Source: Dehalococcoidia bacterium (GTDB lineage Bacteria; Chloroflexota; Dehalococcoidia; Lucifugimonadales; JAGWBF01). From it: DNA of 64,000 nucleotides. The position numbers and the translations under genes are program-made. Location: NCBI GenBank assembly GCA_965220375.1, contig OZ244824.1, positions 776,406 to 840,405 on the forward strand, in the 5' to 3' direction. Positions within the stretch are counted from its first letter, which is position 1. Every line of letters starts with the position of its first letter. A model generated the notes under the pieces. It worked only from the letters and a program-made list of their open reading frames with translations. It was not told the origin of the DNA and made no database searches. This document shows, in pieces, positions 18,740 to 28,956 of this stretch.

Positions 18740-19525
18740 ATGACTATTCTATCTTGTGAAGAACTGATTGGAAGCTATCTTGCTGAACTAAGGGGCAGTT
18801 TTGAATGTGCCCCTTCCACAGCTGGGTGTTTCCTTTCCACCCCCTTCGTCAGGCCAGACGGGGAGGGCATTGAAATCGAGTTACAGGAATTACCCGATGG
18901 CCTCATCAACTTGACCGACATGGGCGATACTCTCAGCTATCTGTATGTCAACGGTCTTACGCTAAGCCAGGCATTGGTGGCGAACGCCCGGCAGATAGGG
19001 AAACAACATGGAGTGACCCTTGACCGCCAGAACCAGTTCTTTATGCAGGTGTCTCCCGCTTTCGTCGGTGAAGGCGTCCACAGGATAATTCAAACCATAT
19101 TGGCGGTGACCGACCTCATACAGAAGCGCCGCCCTATGTCAGGCATACGCTTCGATGATGATGTCGAGTCCTTGATCATCTACAAAGGGGTCAGCTACGA
19201 CGTCGGTTTTGCCGTAAGTGGAGCACGAGAAAGTCATACGGTGAAATTCCACGTAAACTCAGGGAGGAACCTCCTCATCCAGCCCGGTTCCTCGGCACGA
19301 GAAACCTCCGCTCGAATTTGGGCAGAGCAATGGGCCTACCGCTTTAAGGACATCCTAAGTGTTCATTCAGATTGGCGTCCCGTAGCGGTCTTAGATGATC
19401 GCAATCAGCGAGCAGGCATATGGACCTCTCATGCCATGACTCCTATCAAAGAATACGCCGTGATGTGGTCTCGAAAAAGCGAACTCGAATCTCTGCTGGA
19501 ACAAGGCTCCGGCACATCGAGCTAG
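18740..19525 (+). CDS. DUF1828/DUF1829-like hypothetical protein
   Basis: The N-terminal pattern STPFVRPDGEGIEIELQELPDGLINLTDMGDTLSYL matches my recollection of DUF1828 (TPF..D.I.iyv..dg...lsDdG.T). RBS GGGGGAGG. Function unknown. Confidence 0.5.
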   Translation: MTILSCEELIGSYLAELRGSFECAPSTAGCFLSTPFVRPDGEGIEIELQELPDGLINLTDMGDTLSYLYVNGLTLSQALVANARQIGKQHGVTLDRQNQFFMQVSPAFVGEGVHRIIQTILAVTDLIQKRRPMSGIRFDDDVESLIIYKGVSYDVGFAVSGARESHTVKFHVNSGRNLLIQPGSSARETSARIWAEQWAYRFKDILSVHSDWRPVAVLDDRNQRAGIWTSHAMTPIKEYAVMWSRKSELESLLEQGSGTSS

Positions 19526-19761
19526 CATGGGTTTCTGGAAGACCTACCAAAGAGCCTCGAGAAGAAAGAGCGCCTGGGTGGGCTGGGATCGTCCATCGCC
19601 ATGCCGGGGTAGTCCTCTGACAGGTATTTCTCCGGGTCTGCTTCGAAGGCTCGCAGACAGCCCGGGGCACAAAAGTAGTAGGTCGTCCCCTGGTAATCGG
19701 TCTTGCCCCCAGGCGGGTTGGACTCATCCACATCCATCTTGCAAATCGGGTCAATCGCCAT
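19522..19761 (-). CDS. YHS/TRASH-domain metal-binding protein
   Basis: DPICKMDVDE..TYYFCAPGCLRAFEADPEKY is the YHS-domain signature. The gene is immediately downstream of copA. Confidence 0.75.
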   Translation of the reverse strand: MAIDPICKMDVDESNPPGGKTDYQGTTYYFCAPGCLRAFEADPEKYLSEDYPGMAMDDPSPPRRSFFSRLFGRSSRNPC

Positions 19762-19787
19762 GACTACCTCCCCCTCCAGCGTACTCT

Positions 19788-22112
19788 TCAGGCTGCCAGC
19801 TTATGCCGTCGCAGGCGGAGAGAGTTCCCCACCACCGTCACCGAGCTCAGCGCCATAGCAGCAGCGGCCATGACCGGGTTGAGGAATCCAAGGTCGCCAA
19901 AGAAGAAGCCCAGCCCTCCTGGCACCCCACCCAGCGCCTGGAAAAGGGTGTATAACACCCCGGCCGCCACGGGAATCAGGGCAGCGTTGTAGAAGAAGGC
20001 CCAGAACAGGTTCTGCTTGATGGCGCCCATGGTGATGCGGCTAACCTGCACCGCTGTTAGGACACCCCTGAGGTCGCCGCTCATCAGGGTAACGCCCGCC
20101 GATTCCATGGCTACGTCTGTCCCGGTGCCCAGCGCTATGCCCACGTCCGCCTGGACAAGGGCGGGCGCATCATTTATTCCATCCCCTACCATGGCAACGG
20201 CCATACCCCGGCCCTGAAAGTCCTTCACAACCTGGGTCTTCTGCTGGGGCAGTACCTCGGAGACCACTCGCTCTATACCCGCCTGGGCGGCCACAGCTTC
20301 CGCCGTGGGGCGGTTGTCGCCGGTGACCATCACCACTTGCAGGCCCATGTCCTGGAGCTGGGACACAACCTGGGCCGACTCCGGCTTCAGGGTATCTGCA
20401 ACCCCGATTATGCCCACCATGCGATCATCGATAGCAACGTACATGGGCGTCTTCCCGGACTCAGCCAAAGTCTCCCCCTGGGCTTGGATCTCCGGGGTGT
20501 GTACGCCCAGCCGCTCCATCAAGGCGATGTTACCGACTCCTACCCGTTGTCCATCGAGCCGGGCTTGGACACCCAAGCCGGGCACCGCCTCAAAGTCCTT
20601 GATTTCCACCAACGGGGTATTGCGCCCTTCGGCTTCTCTGACAATTGCCTTGCCCAAGGGATGCTCGGATCCTGCTTCCACCGAAGCTGCTACCTGCAGC
20701 AGCTTGTCCTCACCATCTCCCACGAGAGTAACAAGATCAGTGACCGACGGTTGGCCGGCAGTCAGCGTGCCGGTCTTGTCCAAAATCACCACATCCAGCT
20801 TGTGCGCCCGTTCCAGCGATTCGGCGTCTCGAAAGAACACCCCCCGTTCCGCTCCCTTCCCCGTCCCCACCATGATGGCTGTCGGCGTAGCCAGTCCAAG
20901 GGCGCAGGGGCACGCGATGATGAGCACCGCCACCATCACCAATAGCGCATAGGTCAAGGAGGGCGTTGGGCCAAGCAGCAGCCAGAAGACGAAGGCCCCA
21001 GCGGCAACGGCCAGCACCGCGGGAACGAAGTAGGAAGCAACCACATCCGCCATGCGCTGAATGGGGGCCTTGGAGCCCTGGGCATCCTCCACCAGCTTGA
21101 TGATCTGCGCTATGGCGGTCTCGGCGCCCACCTTGGCCGCTTCGGAGCTGAAAAAGCCCGTTGTGTTTATGGTGGCGGCGTACACATAGGAGCCGACGGT
21201 CTTCTCTACAGGTATGCTCTCGCCGGTCAGCATGGACTCATCGACAGCGGAGTAGCCTTGGACCACCGTGCCATCCACCGGGATCTTCTCTCCCGGCCGC
21301 ACAACAAGCACATCGCCGGGGGAAACCCTATCCACCGGTACCTCTTCTTCACCGCCGTCCCGCATCACCCTGGCTGTGGACGGCCGCAGGCCAATCAGCT
21401 TGCGAATGGCTTCCGAGGTGCGTCCCCGGGCTTGGGCTTCCAGGAACCGCCCAAGAAGAATGAAGGCGATGATGAGGGCAGCCGTATCGAAATAGACCTC
21501 GGCGCCAAGTCCATCCACATCCAACAGGCTTGGGCGGAAAGCCCCGACAAAGGTCAGGGCGACGCTGTAGCCGTAGGCCACGCTGGTCCCCATGGCCACG
21601 AGGGTGTGCATGTTGGCGGTGCCGTGGCGGAGCGCACCCAGGCCCGATGAGTAGAACATTGAGCCTGCCCAGAACTGGACGGGAGTGGCCAGCGCCCAGA
21701 GCAGGAAGGGGTAAAAGGCCCGGTCCATGAGTCCGTCCACCCAGGGGAACCCGCCGAAGCTTCCAAGGAACAACAGTATGGCGATGCTGGCGGCGAAGGC
21801 CGTCTTCCTGCCCAGCATCCGTATCTCACCGGTCCTGGCCAGCCGCTCCTGATCAGCCTCGGCTGACAGACCTCCGTCGGTCGGCCCAATCACGGCATAG
21901 CCCGCATTGGCAACCGCTGCCCGAAAGTCATCCCAGGTGGCCAGGTCCGGGACGTACTGAACCGATGCCCGCTCTGTGGCAAGATTGACCTGCACCGACG
22001 ATACGCCGGGCACCTTCTCCAGTGCCCCGCCTACATGACTCACGCAAGCGGCGCAGGTCATCCCCCTGATGGGGAGACTTACTCGCCGGAGGCTGTCTGC
22101 GGCCTGCGCCAT
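19788..22112 (-). CDS. copA: copper-translocating P1B-type ATPase
   Basis: HMA motif [11 protein letters not shown] motif [18 protein letters not shown] and GDGINDAP. The 34-nt overlap with the upstream gene appears real, because the next Met lies inside the HMA motif. Confidence 0.95.
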   Translation of the reverse strand: MAQAADSLRRVSLPIRGMTCAACVSHVGGALEKVPGVSSVQVNLATERASVQYVPDLATWDDFRAAVANAGYAVIGPTDGGLSAEADQERLARTGEIRMLGRKTAFAASIAILLFLGSFGGFPWVDGLMDRAFYPFLLWALATPVQFWAGSMFYSSGLGALRHGTANMHTLVAMGTSVAYGYSVALTFVGAFRPSLLDVDGLGAEVYFDTAALIIAFILLGRFLEAQARGRTSEAIRKLIGLRPSTARVMRDGGEEEVPVDRVSPGDVLVVRPGEKIPVDGTVVQGYSAVDESMLTGESIPVEKTVGSYVYAATINTTGFFSSEAAKVGAETAIAQIIKLVEDAQGSKAPIQRMADVVASYFVPAVLAVAAGAFVFWLLLGPTPSLTYALLVMVAVLIIACPCALGLATPTAIMVGTGKGAERGVFFRDAESLERAHKLDVVILDKTGTLTAGQPSVTDLVTLVGDGEDKLLQVAASVEAGSEHPLGKAIVREAEGRNTPLVEIKDFEAVPGLGVQARLDGQRVGVGNIALMERLGVHTPEIQAQGETLAESGKTPMYVAIDDRMVGIIGVADTLKPESAQVVSQLQDMGLQVVMVTGDNRPTAEAVAAQAGIERVVSEVLPQQKTQVVKDFQGRGMAVAMVGDGINDAPALVQADVGIALGTGTDVAMESAGVTLMSGDLRGVLTAVQVSRITMGAIKQNLFWAFFYNAALIPVAAGVLYTLFQALGGVPGGLGFFFGDLGFLNPVMAAAAMALSSVTVVGNSLRLRRHKLAA

Positions 22113-22771
22113 ATAGCTTTCTCCAGCTCCATTTCGTAGTCGAAGAGCACCGCCGACGCAACTGTGGCGACAATCTCAGGCAACTCCAGCTCTTCGCCGA
22201 CCTTTTCCTTGAGCATCAGCCACCTGTACTCCAACTCTACCTGCGGCTCCACAAGGCCCTCGGCAGATATGGCCTCGCCGGCCTTGAAGTTCAGCTCGCA
22301 GGCCTGCAGCACATCGGGCTTGCGGGGGTTCCAGACTGGTATTCCCCACTTGCGGGCAATTATGGGTCGATGGTTGTATATGATGCAAGCATCATCTACA
22401 AGGGCAGGGCATGGGATGTGCTTTGCGCCCGCCAGGGACTCCAGGGCAGTGGAGACCAGGGCACTGTGCTTCTCTATGCCCTGGGTCTCGTCCACGGAAA
22501 GGCCGAGCATCTCTTCCAGATAGCCCCTAGCCCGCTCTTTTGCCATTGCCTGATCATCCGCGGGCAGCTCTTTGACACCGTGGGAGATGTATGCCGCCTC
22601 TATGAAGTTGATGCCGAATAGCTGGCTGCAGCACATGCTGCAACCCTTGCGGCACTGCATCCGCTCCCTGAACATGCGGCTGACCCGGTCAAACTCAGTC
22701 CCCACATCTCCCAGCAGCAGCCGGTATTCGCGGTAAATCTCTTCAAGGCGGGCGTTCATCTGCCTCCACAT
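22079..22771 (-). CDS. YkgJ-family cysteine-cluster (CxxCxxCC) protein
   Basis: Contains [13 protein letters not shown], the Fe/Zn-chelating domain signature (UPF0153). Confidence 0.7.
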   Translation of the reverse strand: MWRQMNARLEEIYREYRLLLGDVGTEFDRVSRMFRERMQCRKGCSMCCSQLFGINFIEAAYISHGVKELPADDQAMAKERARGYLEEMLGLSVDETQGIEKHSALVSTALESLAGAKHIPCPALVDDACIIYNHRPIIARKWGIPVWNPRKPDVLQACELNFKAGEAISAEGLVEPQVELEYRWLMLKEKVGEELELPEIVATVASAVLFDYEMELEKAIWRRPQTASGE

Positions 22772-22894
22772 TCTGGGACGTCATAAGGCCCTCTGTCATT
22801 ATCTCGAGGGTCCTACCCCTAGCCAGTACCCCCCGCAGTGGCTCCCGTCCGGCTATGTACCGGAGCCGTCCTCTTCTTACAGATCGTGGCCGGG

Positions 22895-23542
22895 TTACAC
22901 ACCCACGATCTTTATCATGGACTGGGTCTTATAGATACGATTGATGTTCACCAGCAGCGCGGTGAGCTGCTCCACATACCTGGCATTGGACAGGGCGCCG
23001 CCATCCACGCCTCGAAGGTTGGGGATCCTGGAGACAAGCTGCACAACCTCGTCCCTTGCTCCGCCGTGGTCCGAGCAGACCACCACATCACCTTCCATTT
23101 CAACGGCGGGATCCATCAGCTTGACGGCGCTGATGTTCTGGAAGGCTGCGACCACCTGGGAGTCTCCCAGGATGTTCTGCGCCTCCTGGGCAGCCGAGCC
23201 GTCGGCAACATCCAGCGCGGTAGCCCCCCTACCTCTGGCGAACGACATTGGAGCCACCGCCGTAACCACCAGCTTGCCTGCCAGCGGGGACACTAGCTGC
23301 TCTAGGAGTGCCCGTTGACCCTCGTAGGGCACCGTGACGAAGATGGTGCTTGCAGCCCCCGCCGCAGCTTCGTTCACATCCCCGGAAATGGCAGCGCCGG
23401 GGGCCAGCTCCAGCAGCGATTGAGCGGCCTCCGTCGCCCTTCCGGCATCCCGGGAGCCGATGACGACCTCCTCCCCCGCCAGAGCAAAACGCAGGGCCAA
23501 CCCCTTGCCCTCAGGTCCTGTCCCACCCAGAAAAGCCAGCAT
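22895..23542 (-). CDS. NADPH-dependent F420 reductase (NpdG-like)
   Basis: The N-terminus FLGGTGPEGKGLALRFALAGEEVVIGSR and a size of ~215 aa are typical of the family. Confidence 0.75.
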   Translation of the reverse strand: MLAFLGGTGPEGKGLALRFALAGEEVVIGSRDAGRATEAAQSLLELAPGAAISGDVNEAAAGAASTIFVTVPYEGQRALLEQLVSPLAGKLVVTAVAPMSFARGRGATALDVADGSAAQEAQNILGDSQVVAAFQNISAVKLMDPAVEMEGDVVVCSDHGGARDEVVQLVSRIPNLRGVDGGALSNARYVEQLTALLVNINRIYKTQSMIKIVGV

Positions 23543-23714
23543 TGTCCATTCCTTGCAACGTTACTTGCCCTCCAATATACCTGCATCACCCCCTTCCCGA
23601 AAGGCCCCTTGCCTAAGCCCGAAGGGGATATATAATGAAACCCACCAACTACTCCTGCACCGGGGCCCGAATCCCCTGGGCGGCAGAAAACCATGCGTAA
23701 GGAGGACTGCAAAG

Positions 23715-25073
23715 ATGGGCGCAACGGAAAAGATCGCTAAGTGGATCGTGGAGACATCCTACGAAGACATCCCCCCCGAGGTGATCGAGGTGGCCAAGCA
23801 GTCCTGCTTCGACTGCCTGGGGGTGATCCTGGCCGGGTCTGTTCAACCCGTAGGCCAGATAGTCCAGCAGTACATCACCGAGCAGGGAGGCTCTCCCGAT
23901 GCAACCCTCCTCGGCTCGGGTATGCGCTCTTCGCTGTCCAACGCTGCACTGGCCAACGGCACCATGGGCCATGCTCTGGACTACGACGATTTCGGCGGCT
24001 TCGGCCATCCTACGGTAGTAACCTTCCCGCCCCTGCTGGCCCTCGGCGAGAAGCTGGGGTCCACGGGCAGGGATGTGCTAGAGGCTTATGTGACGGGGGT
24101 GGAGCTGGGCGTAACCCTCCAGCAGACCACCAAGTACAACCAGATGGCCCGCGGTTTCCACAGCACCGCCGTTATAGGGCGCATGTCCTCTGCGGCTGCC
24201 TGCTCCAAGCTGATGGGCCTAGACCAGGCGAGCACTACCACCGCCCTGGGCATAGCCGGCTCCATGGCCGGAGGGCTTATCCATAACTTCGGCACCATGA
24301 CCAAGCCCCTGCACGCCGGCCTGGCTTCCAGGGATGGTCTGATGGCAGCCCAGCTGGCCAGCATGGGAATGACCGCCGGCGACCAGATATTCGAACACCC
24401 CCTGGGCTTCGCCAACACGGTCATCGGCGAGGGCATATATGACCTCAACCAGATGGCCGACAACCTGGGCAACCCCTACCGCACAGCCGAGGCCTTGATC
24501 ATCAAGAAGTATCCCTGCTGCGGAGGCAATCACGGGATGCTGGACAGCATCTTCAACATGATGCGGGAGCACCAGTTCAACTACGAGGATGTGGAATCCG
24601 TTGAGGTGGGCCAGTCCTATCTTTCGGTAGTGATGCTCTACACCGAGCCCGACGATGAGCTGAAGGGCAAGTTCAGCGCCCTCTACAACACAGCATCGGC
24701 GCTGGTCGATGGCGAGGTGGCTATCGACACCTTCACCCCCGACAGGATCGCCAACACCACAGTCAAGGACACGATGGACAAGGTGCGCCTGAACGTGCAG
24801 GCCAAGTGGGAGCAGGGCTCGGCCGACTTCCTTGGGGGCACGCCGGTAACGATACGCCTGAAAGATGGACGGGTGCTCGAGCACACCACGCCGCGTGACA
24901 TGATCCTGGGCGGGTACAAGAACCCTTGGGGATTCGAGAACGTATTGGGCAAGTTCCGGTTCAATGCCGGGCTGGCCCTGTCTCCCGACCAGGTAGGCAC
25001 TGCGGTGGATACGTGGGCCCCGATGGAGGAGATAGCCGACGTCAGCCAGGCGATTAAGACGCTGGTGTCTTAG
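23715..25073 (+). CDS. MmgE/PrpD-family protein (2-methylcitrate dehydratase-like)
   Basis: IAKWIVETSYEDIP..AKQSCFDCLGV is the typical family N-terminus. Start moved to ATG 23715, behind AAGGAGGA. Confidence 0.85.
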   Translation: MGATEKIAKWIVETSYEDIPPEVIEVAKQSCFDCLGVILAGSVQPVGQIVQQYITEQGGSPDATLLGSGMRSSLSNAALANGTMGHALDYDDFGGFGHPTVVTFPPLLALGEKLGSTGRDVLEAYVTGVELGVTLQQTTKYNQMARGFHSTAVIGRMSSAAACSKLMGLDQASTTTALGIAGSMAGGLIHNFGTMTKPLHAGLASRDGLMAAQLASMGMTAGDQIFEHPLGFANTVIGEGIYDLNQMADNLGNPYRTAEALIIKKYPCCGGNHGMLDSIFNMMREHQFNYEDVESVEVGQSYLSVVMLYTEPDDELKGKFSALYNTASALVDGEVAIDTFTPDRIANTTVKDTMDKVRLNVQAKWEQGSADFLGGTPVTIRLKDGRVLEHTTPRDMILGGYKNPWGFENVLGKFRFNAGLALSPDQVGTAVDTWAPMEEIADVSQAIKTLVS

Positions 25074-25083
25074 GTAACGGGGC

Positions 25084-26112
25084 CTAACGGAAGGCGGGCA
25101 TTACCTTGTCGGCGATTAGCTGCAGGGACTTGTTCAGCTTGTCGGCAGGTATCTGCCCGCCGTAGTTCGTCTCCAGCACCACGCCGGAGATGCCCAACAG
25201 GTCCCGGTACATGTTGAGGCGGTCAATGACCCCTTCGGGCGTACCGTACATCAACCGGTCCTTCAGCACTTCGTCATAGGGGGTGCGCCCCACTTGGCGG
25301 AACCGCTCCGCCAGCTCGGGGCTGGTTGCCGAATCCGCCAGCTCCGTGGCAGCGTACTCTATTCCTCGCCGGGTGCTTGCTTCAGGCTCGTTACGGGCTT
25401 GGGCTGCAGTCTCCGCTACGTACGTGGGAATCCTGAGGCTCACCGGCCCAACTCCGAGATGGCCCGCCTCGGTCCATGCCTTCTGGTACTCCTTGATCCG
25501 GTCCACCACCCGCTCCATGCCGGCAATGATACTAACGAAGATCGGGTGTCCCAGCGCCCCCATCACCGGGTAGGTATCCGGGCTGGCGGCCGCGACCCAC
25601 ACCGGCGGGTGGGGCACCTGGTAAGGCTTGGGTACCACGTTGATGCCATGGAAGTGAAAGTGCTCACCATCGTGCTCCAGGATGTCGCTATCCCAAGCCT
25701 TCATGATTACGTCCAGCGCCTCTCGGAAGGTGGCTCGCGCGCCCTGGAAGTCCAGGTTGTAGCCATCGTAGGAACGCCTGATCCCTGACCGGCCCACTCC
25801 CAGGTCGAAGCGCCCCTGGCTGATGTGGTCCACGGTGGCGGCTTCCTCGGCCACCCTGATGGGATTGGTGAGGGGGAGCACCTGCACAGCCAACCCGATC
25901 CTTATACGCTTGGTCCGGGCTGCTATGGCGCTGGCCATGGGTATTGGCGATGCCAACACAGAGCGGGCGGGGTCGAAGTGATGCTCGGCCAGCCACACCG
26001 AGTCCAAGCCCGACTCCTCCGCCATGTCGATCTGGGCCATGGACTCCTGGAAGGCCTCGTGTTGGTTCATGCCCTGCCGCAGGAAGAATTCAGCAAACAG
26101 CCCGAAATTCAT
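25084..26112 (-). CDS. LLM-class (luciferase-like) flavin/F420-dependent oxidoreductase
   Basis: MNFGLFAEFF..SVWLAEHHF signature. Start at ATG 26112, behind AAGGAGG. Confidence 0.85.
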   Translation of the reverse strand: MNFGLFAEFFLRQGMNQHEAFQESMAQIDMAEESGLDSVWLAEHHFDPARSVLASPIPMASAIAARTKRIRIGLAVQVLPLTNPIRVAEEAATVDHISQGRFDLGVGRSGIRRSYDGYNLDFQGARATFREALDVIMKAWDSDILEHDGEHFHFHGINVVPKPYQVPHPPVWVAAASPDTYPVMGALGHPIFVSIIAGMERVVDRIKEYQKAWTEAGHLGVGPVSLRIPTYVAETAAQARNEPEASTRRGIEYAATELADSATSPELAERFRQVGRTPYDEVLKDRLMYGTPEGVIDRLNMYRDLLGISGVVLETNYGGQIPADKLNKSLQLIADKVMPAFR

Positions 26113-26180
26113 ATCTTCCTCCTTGGCTTGAGACACTTCTTAGCCTATGCGTCTCCCTTAGCATTGTCAAACAGCCCGCC

Positions 26181-27119
26181 TCAGGAATCCCCGTGCATCA
26201 CATTAGAGGCGAAGAGCTCCAGGGTCTCGGTGTTGATGGGGTCAGGGAATATCAGGAAGAACCTGGCAACGCCAGCCTCTACGTAAGCCTGGATCTGGGC
26301 AGCACACTGCTCCGGTGTGCCAACGATGGCGTTCTTCAACGACTGCCGGTACCTTTCGACGGGGACTCCGGCAGCCCGCGCTCCCTCCGCCAACATGCTC
26401 CGCACCCCGTCCTCGGTGGCTGCTATCTTCACGCGGGTGTTGTGGCTGACCTCGATCTCATTCACGTCTCGTCCCACCTGCCGGCAATGCTCCTCCAGCA
26501 CCTCCAGCATCCCTTTGTGTTCGGCAAGGCCCATCTCGAAGCCCATGTTGCAAATATCGCCATGCCTGGCAACGGCCCTCAGGAAGTGTGTCCTGCCGTG
26601 TCCCCCGACAAGTACAGGTGGATGGGGGGACTGCAGGGGACTTGGCGCGCATATGGCGTCGTCGAACTGGTAGAAGCGTCCATCGAAGCTGAAGCGGGGT
26701 GTGCTCCAGAGACCCCTGATGCATGTGATGGCTTCTTCCAACATCTCCACCCGCCGAGGTGTGTTGGGGAAGGTCAAGCCGTAAGCCCGGTGGTCCTTTC
26801 CATCACCCCCGGCGCCTATGCCCAGTTCCAGCCTGCCTCCGCTTATGACGTCCAGGGTCGCGCCCATCTTGGCCAGCAGGCCTGGAGCGCGGTACAGGTT
26901 CGCCAGGACCAGGGGCATGAGGCGGATGCGACGGGTTGCCGCCGCCAGGGCGCTGAGGGTTGTCCAGCACTCCAGGGCAGGGGCGTTCATCAAGTCGTAC
27001 AGCGTTGCCCCGTAATACCCCAAGCTATCGGAGGCGGTCCAAATGCGGCGCAGCTCGTCGTAGGTGTAGCCGGCTTGGTGCACCCGGACGAGGTACTTTA
27101 CCGCAGGTCGGTCAGCCAT
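26181..27119 (-). CDS. LLM-class F420-dependent oxidoreductase
   Basis: Luciferase-like TIM-barrel pattern (LGIGAGG, family length). Adjacent to its paralogue. Confidence 0.8.
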   Translation of the reverse strand: MADRPAVKYLVRVHQAGYTYDELRRIWTASDSLGYYGATLYDLMNAPALECWTTLSALAAATRRIRLMPLVLANLYRAPGLLAKMGATLDVISGGRLELGIGAGGDGKDHRAYGLTFPNTPRRVEMLEEAITCIRGLWSTPRFSFDGRFYQFDDAICAPSPLQSPHPPVLVGGHGRTHFLRAVARHGDICNMGFEMGLAEHKGMLEVLEEHCRQVGRDVNEIEVSHNTRVKIAATEDGVRSMLAEGARAAGVPVERYRQSLKNAIVGTPEQCAAQIQAYVEAGVARFFLIFPDPINTETLELFASNVMHGDS

Positions 27120-27174
27120 GGTCTAGGGGCCATCTAGGTGATCGGGGCCAACGGACGCCGGACGAGCATCCTGA

Positions 27175-27978
27175 CTAATTGAAGGCTTCATCCAGCATCT
27201 GCACCTGTTCGCTGCTGAGCATCCAGCCAGAGGCGCCGCAATTCTCCTCGACGTGTTCAACCCGGTTGGCCTTGGGAATGGTGACCACGTTGTCCCTGGA
27301 CAGGCACCAGTTTAGGGCAACCTGGGCCTTGGTCTTTCCTACCTCACCGGCAATGGTTTCCAAGACTTTAGTGCCCTGCCTTGCCCGTAAAAGGGGTTTG
27401 TCAGCCAGGGCGCCGCTGTCCAGGGGGGTGTAGGCAACCACGGCGACACCCGTCTCCTTGCAATATGGGATCAGGTCTCTCTCAATACGCCGTTCCCGCA
27501 GGTTGTACAGCACCTGGTTGCTAACTATCCGGTGCTTGCGCATGACCTTCTGGGCATCGCGAAGCTCCCTGACGGAGAAGTTGCTGACACCTATGTAACG
27601 CACTTTCCCATGCTCCACCAGGTCTTCCATGGCGCCCATGGTCTCGGCTATAGGCACGCGGGAGTTGGGCCAGTGGACTATGTACATATCGATGTGGTCT
27701 ACTCCCAGGCGGGCCAAGCTGTTCTCGGCGGCGGACATCACCTGGTCGTAATGCAGATGGCTTCCGGAGACCTTGGTCGCCAGGAACACTTGGTGCCTTC
27801 GCCCCTCCAGGGCGCGCCCCACCACTTCCTCGGTGCCGTACATTTCCGCGGTATCGACGTGGGTTGCACCCAGAGAAATAGCCTTTTGGATGGGTTCAAC
27901 CCCGCCGCTGTACCTCCATGTGCCGATGCCCACCTCGGGTATCAGCACCCCGGTATCGCCCATCTCCCGAACTTCCAT
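27175..27978 (-). CDS. aldo/keto reductase
   Basis: GIGTW, DTAEMYG and the LDMYIVHWP-type motif (IDMYIVHWP). Confidence 0.9.
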   Translation of the reverse strand: MEVREMGDTGVLIPEVGIGTWRYSGGVEPIQKAISLGATHVDTAEMYGTEEVVGRALEGRRHQVFLATKVSGSHLHYDQVMSAAENSLARLGVDHIDMYIVHWPNSRVPIAETMGAMEDLVEHGKVRYIGVSNFSVRELRDAQKVMRKHRIVSNQVLYNLRERRIERDLIPYCKETGVAVVAYTPLDSGALADKPLLRARQGTKVLETIAGEVGKTKAQVALNWCLSRDNVVTIPKANRVEHVEENCGASGWMLSSEQVQMLDEAFN

Positions 27979-28012
27979 AGCGCCCTCCCTGGCGTTGATT
28001 CACGGTCCCGCG

Positions 28013-28951
28013 CTACAGCACCGCTTCCAAAGCCATGGCCAGCTCGTCCAAGGTGGCAAATCCCTCGAACCTGGCGGTCACGATGCCTGTCCTGTCTATG
28101 ATGAAGGACCATTCGGTGCTGGGCAGTCCCCACTCCAGCACAGTTGGCGACAAGACGGCGAGGTCAAGGTCGCCTTGTATTTCGTGAGGGTTGTCGTAGA
28201 GGTCCACGTGGATGAAGTTGGCCTGGTCCTTGAAGTCCTCCCTCAGCTCATGCAGCACATCGACCTGGGGCCCGCAGACCGCGTTGGTACAGAAGGCCGG
28301 GCTGGCCATCACCACAACCGTCGGCAGATCGTTGTCCACAGCTTCGGCGATGGTGAGCTGGTACAACTCTTCATCCTGCAGGGTACCCGTGGTCAGCTCG
28401 CCAATATCATCCACATCGTCCAGGGTCTTGCTTTCGCTCCTGACGGCCGGGCTGCCAGTATCAACCGCCGTAGGGGTCTCCGCTACGGGAAATCTCAGGG
28501 TGACGACCCCCCCGATCCCCTCCGGGCCGGGTACGTCAACCTCGATGCCCCAAGAACCTACAGCATCGAATTCGAGAGCCGTTGTGTGCAGCCCCCTGGT
28601 GCCGAAGGGCCATGGCCGGAACACGGCGCTGACCTTCTGCTTCTCTTCACCCGGCCCATCCTCAACGGGGAAGTAGAAGGATATTACCTCCACCTCGGGC
28701 AAGCGCACCACGCCCTGGGGAGAGGTGATCACAAAGCCGATGCGGTTCTCTCCCAGCCCCAGGTCGGCAGTGGCGAATATCACCTGCAAGCCCTCGGGGG
28801 ATTCGGGGCCCCTGACCAGAATGGGCTCCTCCAACATCCCCGGAGGAGCAGAGGAACCACCGTTTTCATCTTGTCCGGACCCCGAACAGGCCGAAACGCC
28901 GATCAGGGCGGCAAGCACCAGGAGGGCAATAGAAAGGGGGATGGCTTTCAT
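28013..28951 (-). CDS. exported lipoprotein with C-terminal thioredoxin-fold (TlpA-like) domain, CxxxxC motif
   Basis: Lipobox LIGVSACSG. FCTNAVCGPQVD resembles the Cys motif of actinobacterial TlpA-like lipoproteins. The N-terminal half is a beta-rich domain of unknown type. Confidence 0.55.
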   Translation of the reverse strand: MKAIPLSIALLVLAALIGVSACSGSGQDENGGSSAPPGMLEEPILVRGPESPEGLQVIFATADLGLGENRIGFVITSPQGVVRLPEVEVISFYFPVEDGPGEEKQKVSAVFRPWPFGTRGLHTTALEFDAVGSWGIEVDVPGPEGIGGVVTLRFPVAETPTAVDTGSPAVRSESKTLDDVDDIGELTTGTLQDEELYQLTIAEAVDNDLPTVVVMASPAFCTNAVCGPQVDVLHELREDFKDQANFIHVDLYDNPHEIQGDLDLAVLSPTVLEWGLPSTEWSFIIDRTGIVTARFEGFATLDELAMALEAVL

Positions 28952-28956
28952 AGGAG

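Noticed and set aside
17724-19525. tRNA-Asp as the integration site of the AT-richer two-gene islet.
   Set aside because: The islet lies on the 5-prime side of the tRNA and is separated from it by the glutaredoxin-like gene. I found no repeat of the tRNA 3-prime segment and no integrase.
23460-23714. N-terminal extensions of several track ORFs: 23460, 37876, 38553, 55148, 62533, 16038, 45006, 26136 and 7900.
   Set aside because: The extensions overlap upstream genes or intergenic repeats and are P/R/S-rich. An internal ATG/GTG preceded by a GGAGG-type RBS coincides with the start of family homology, so the shorter starts were used.
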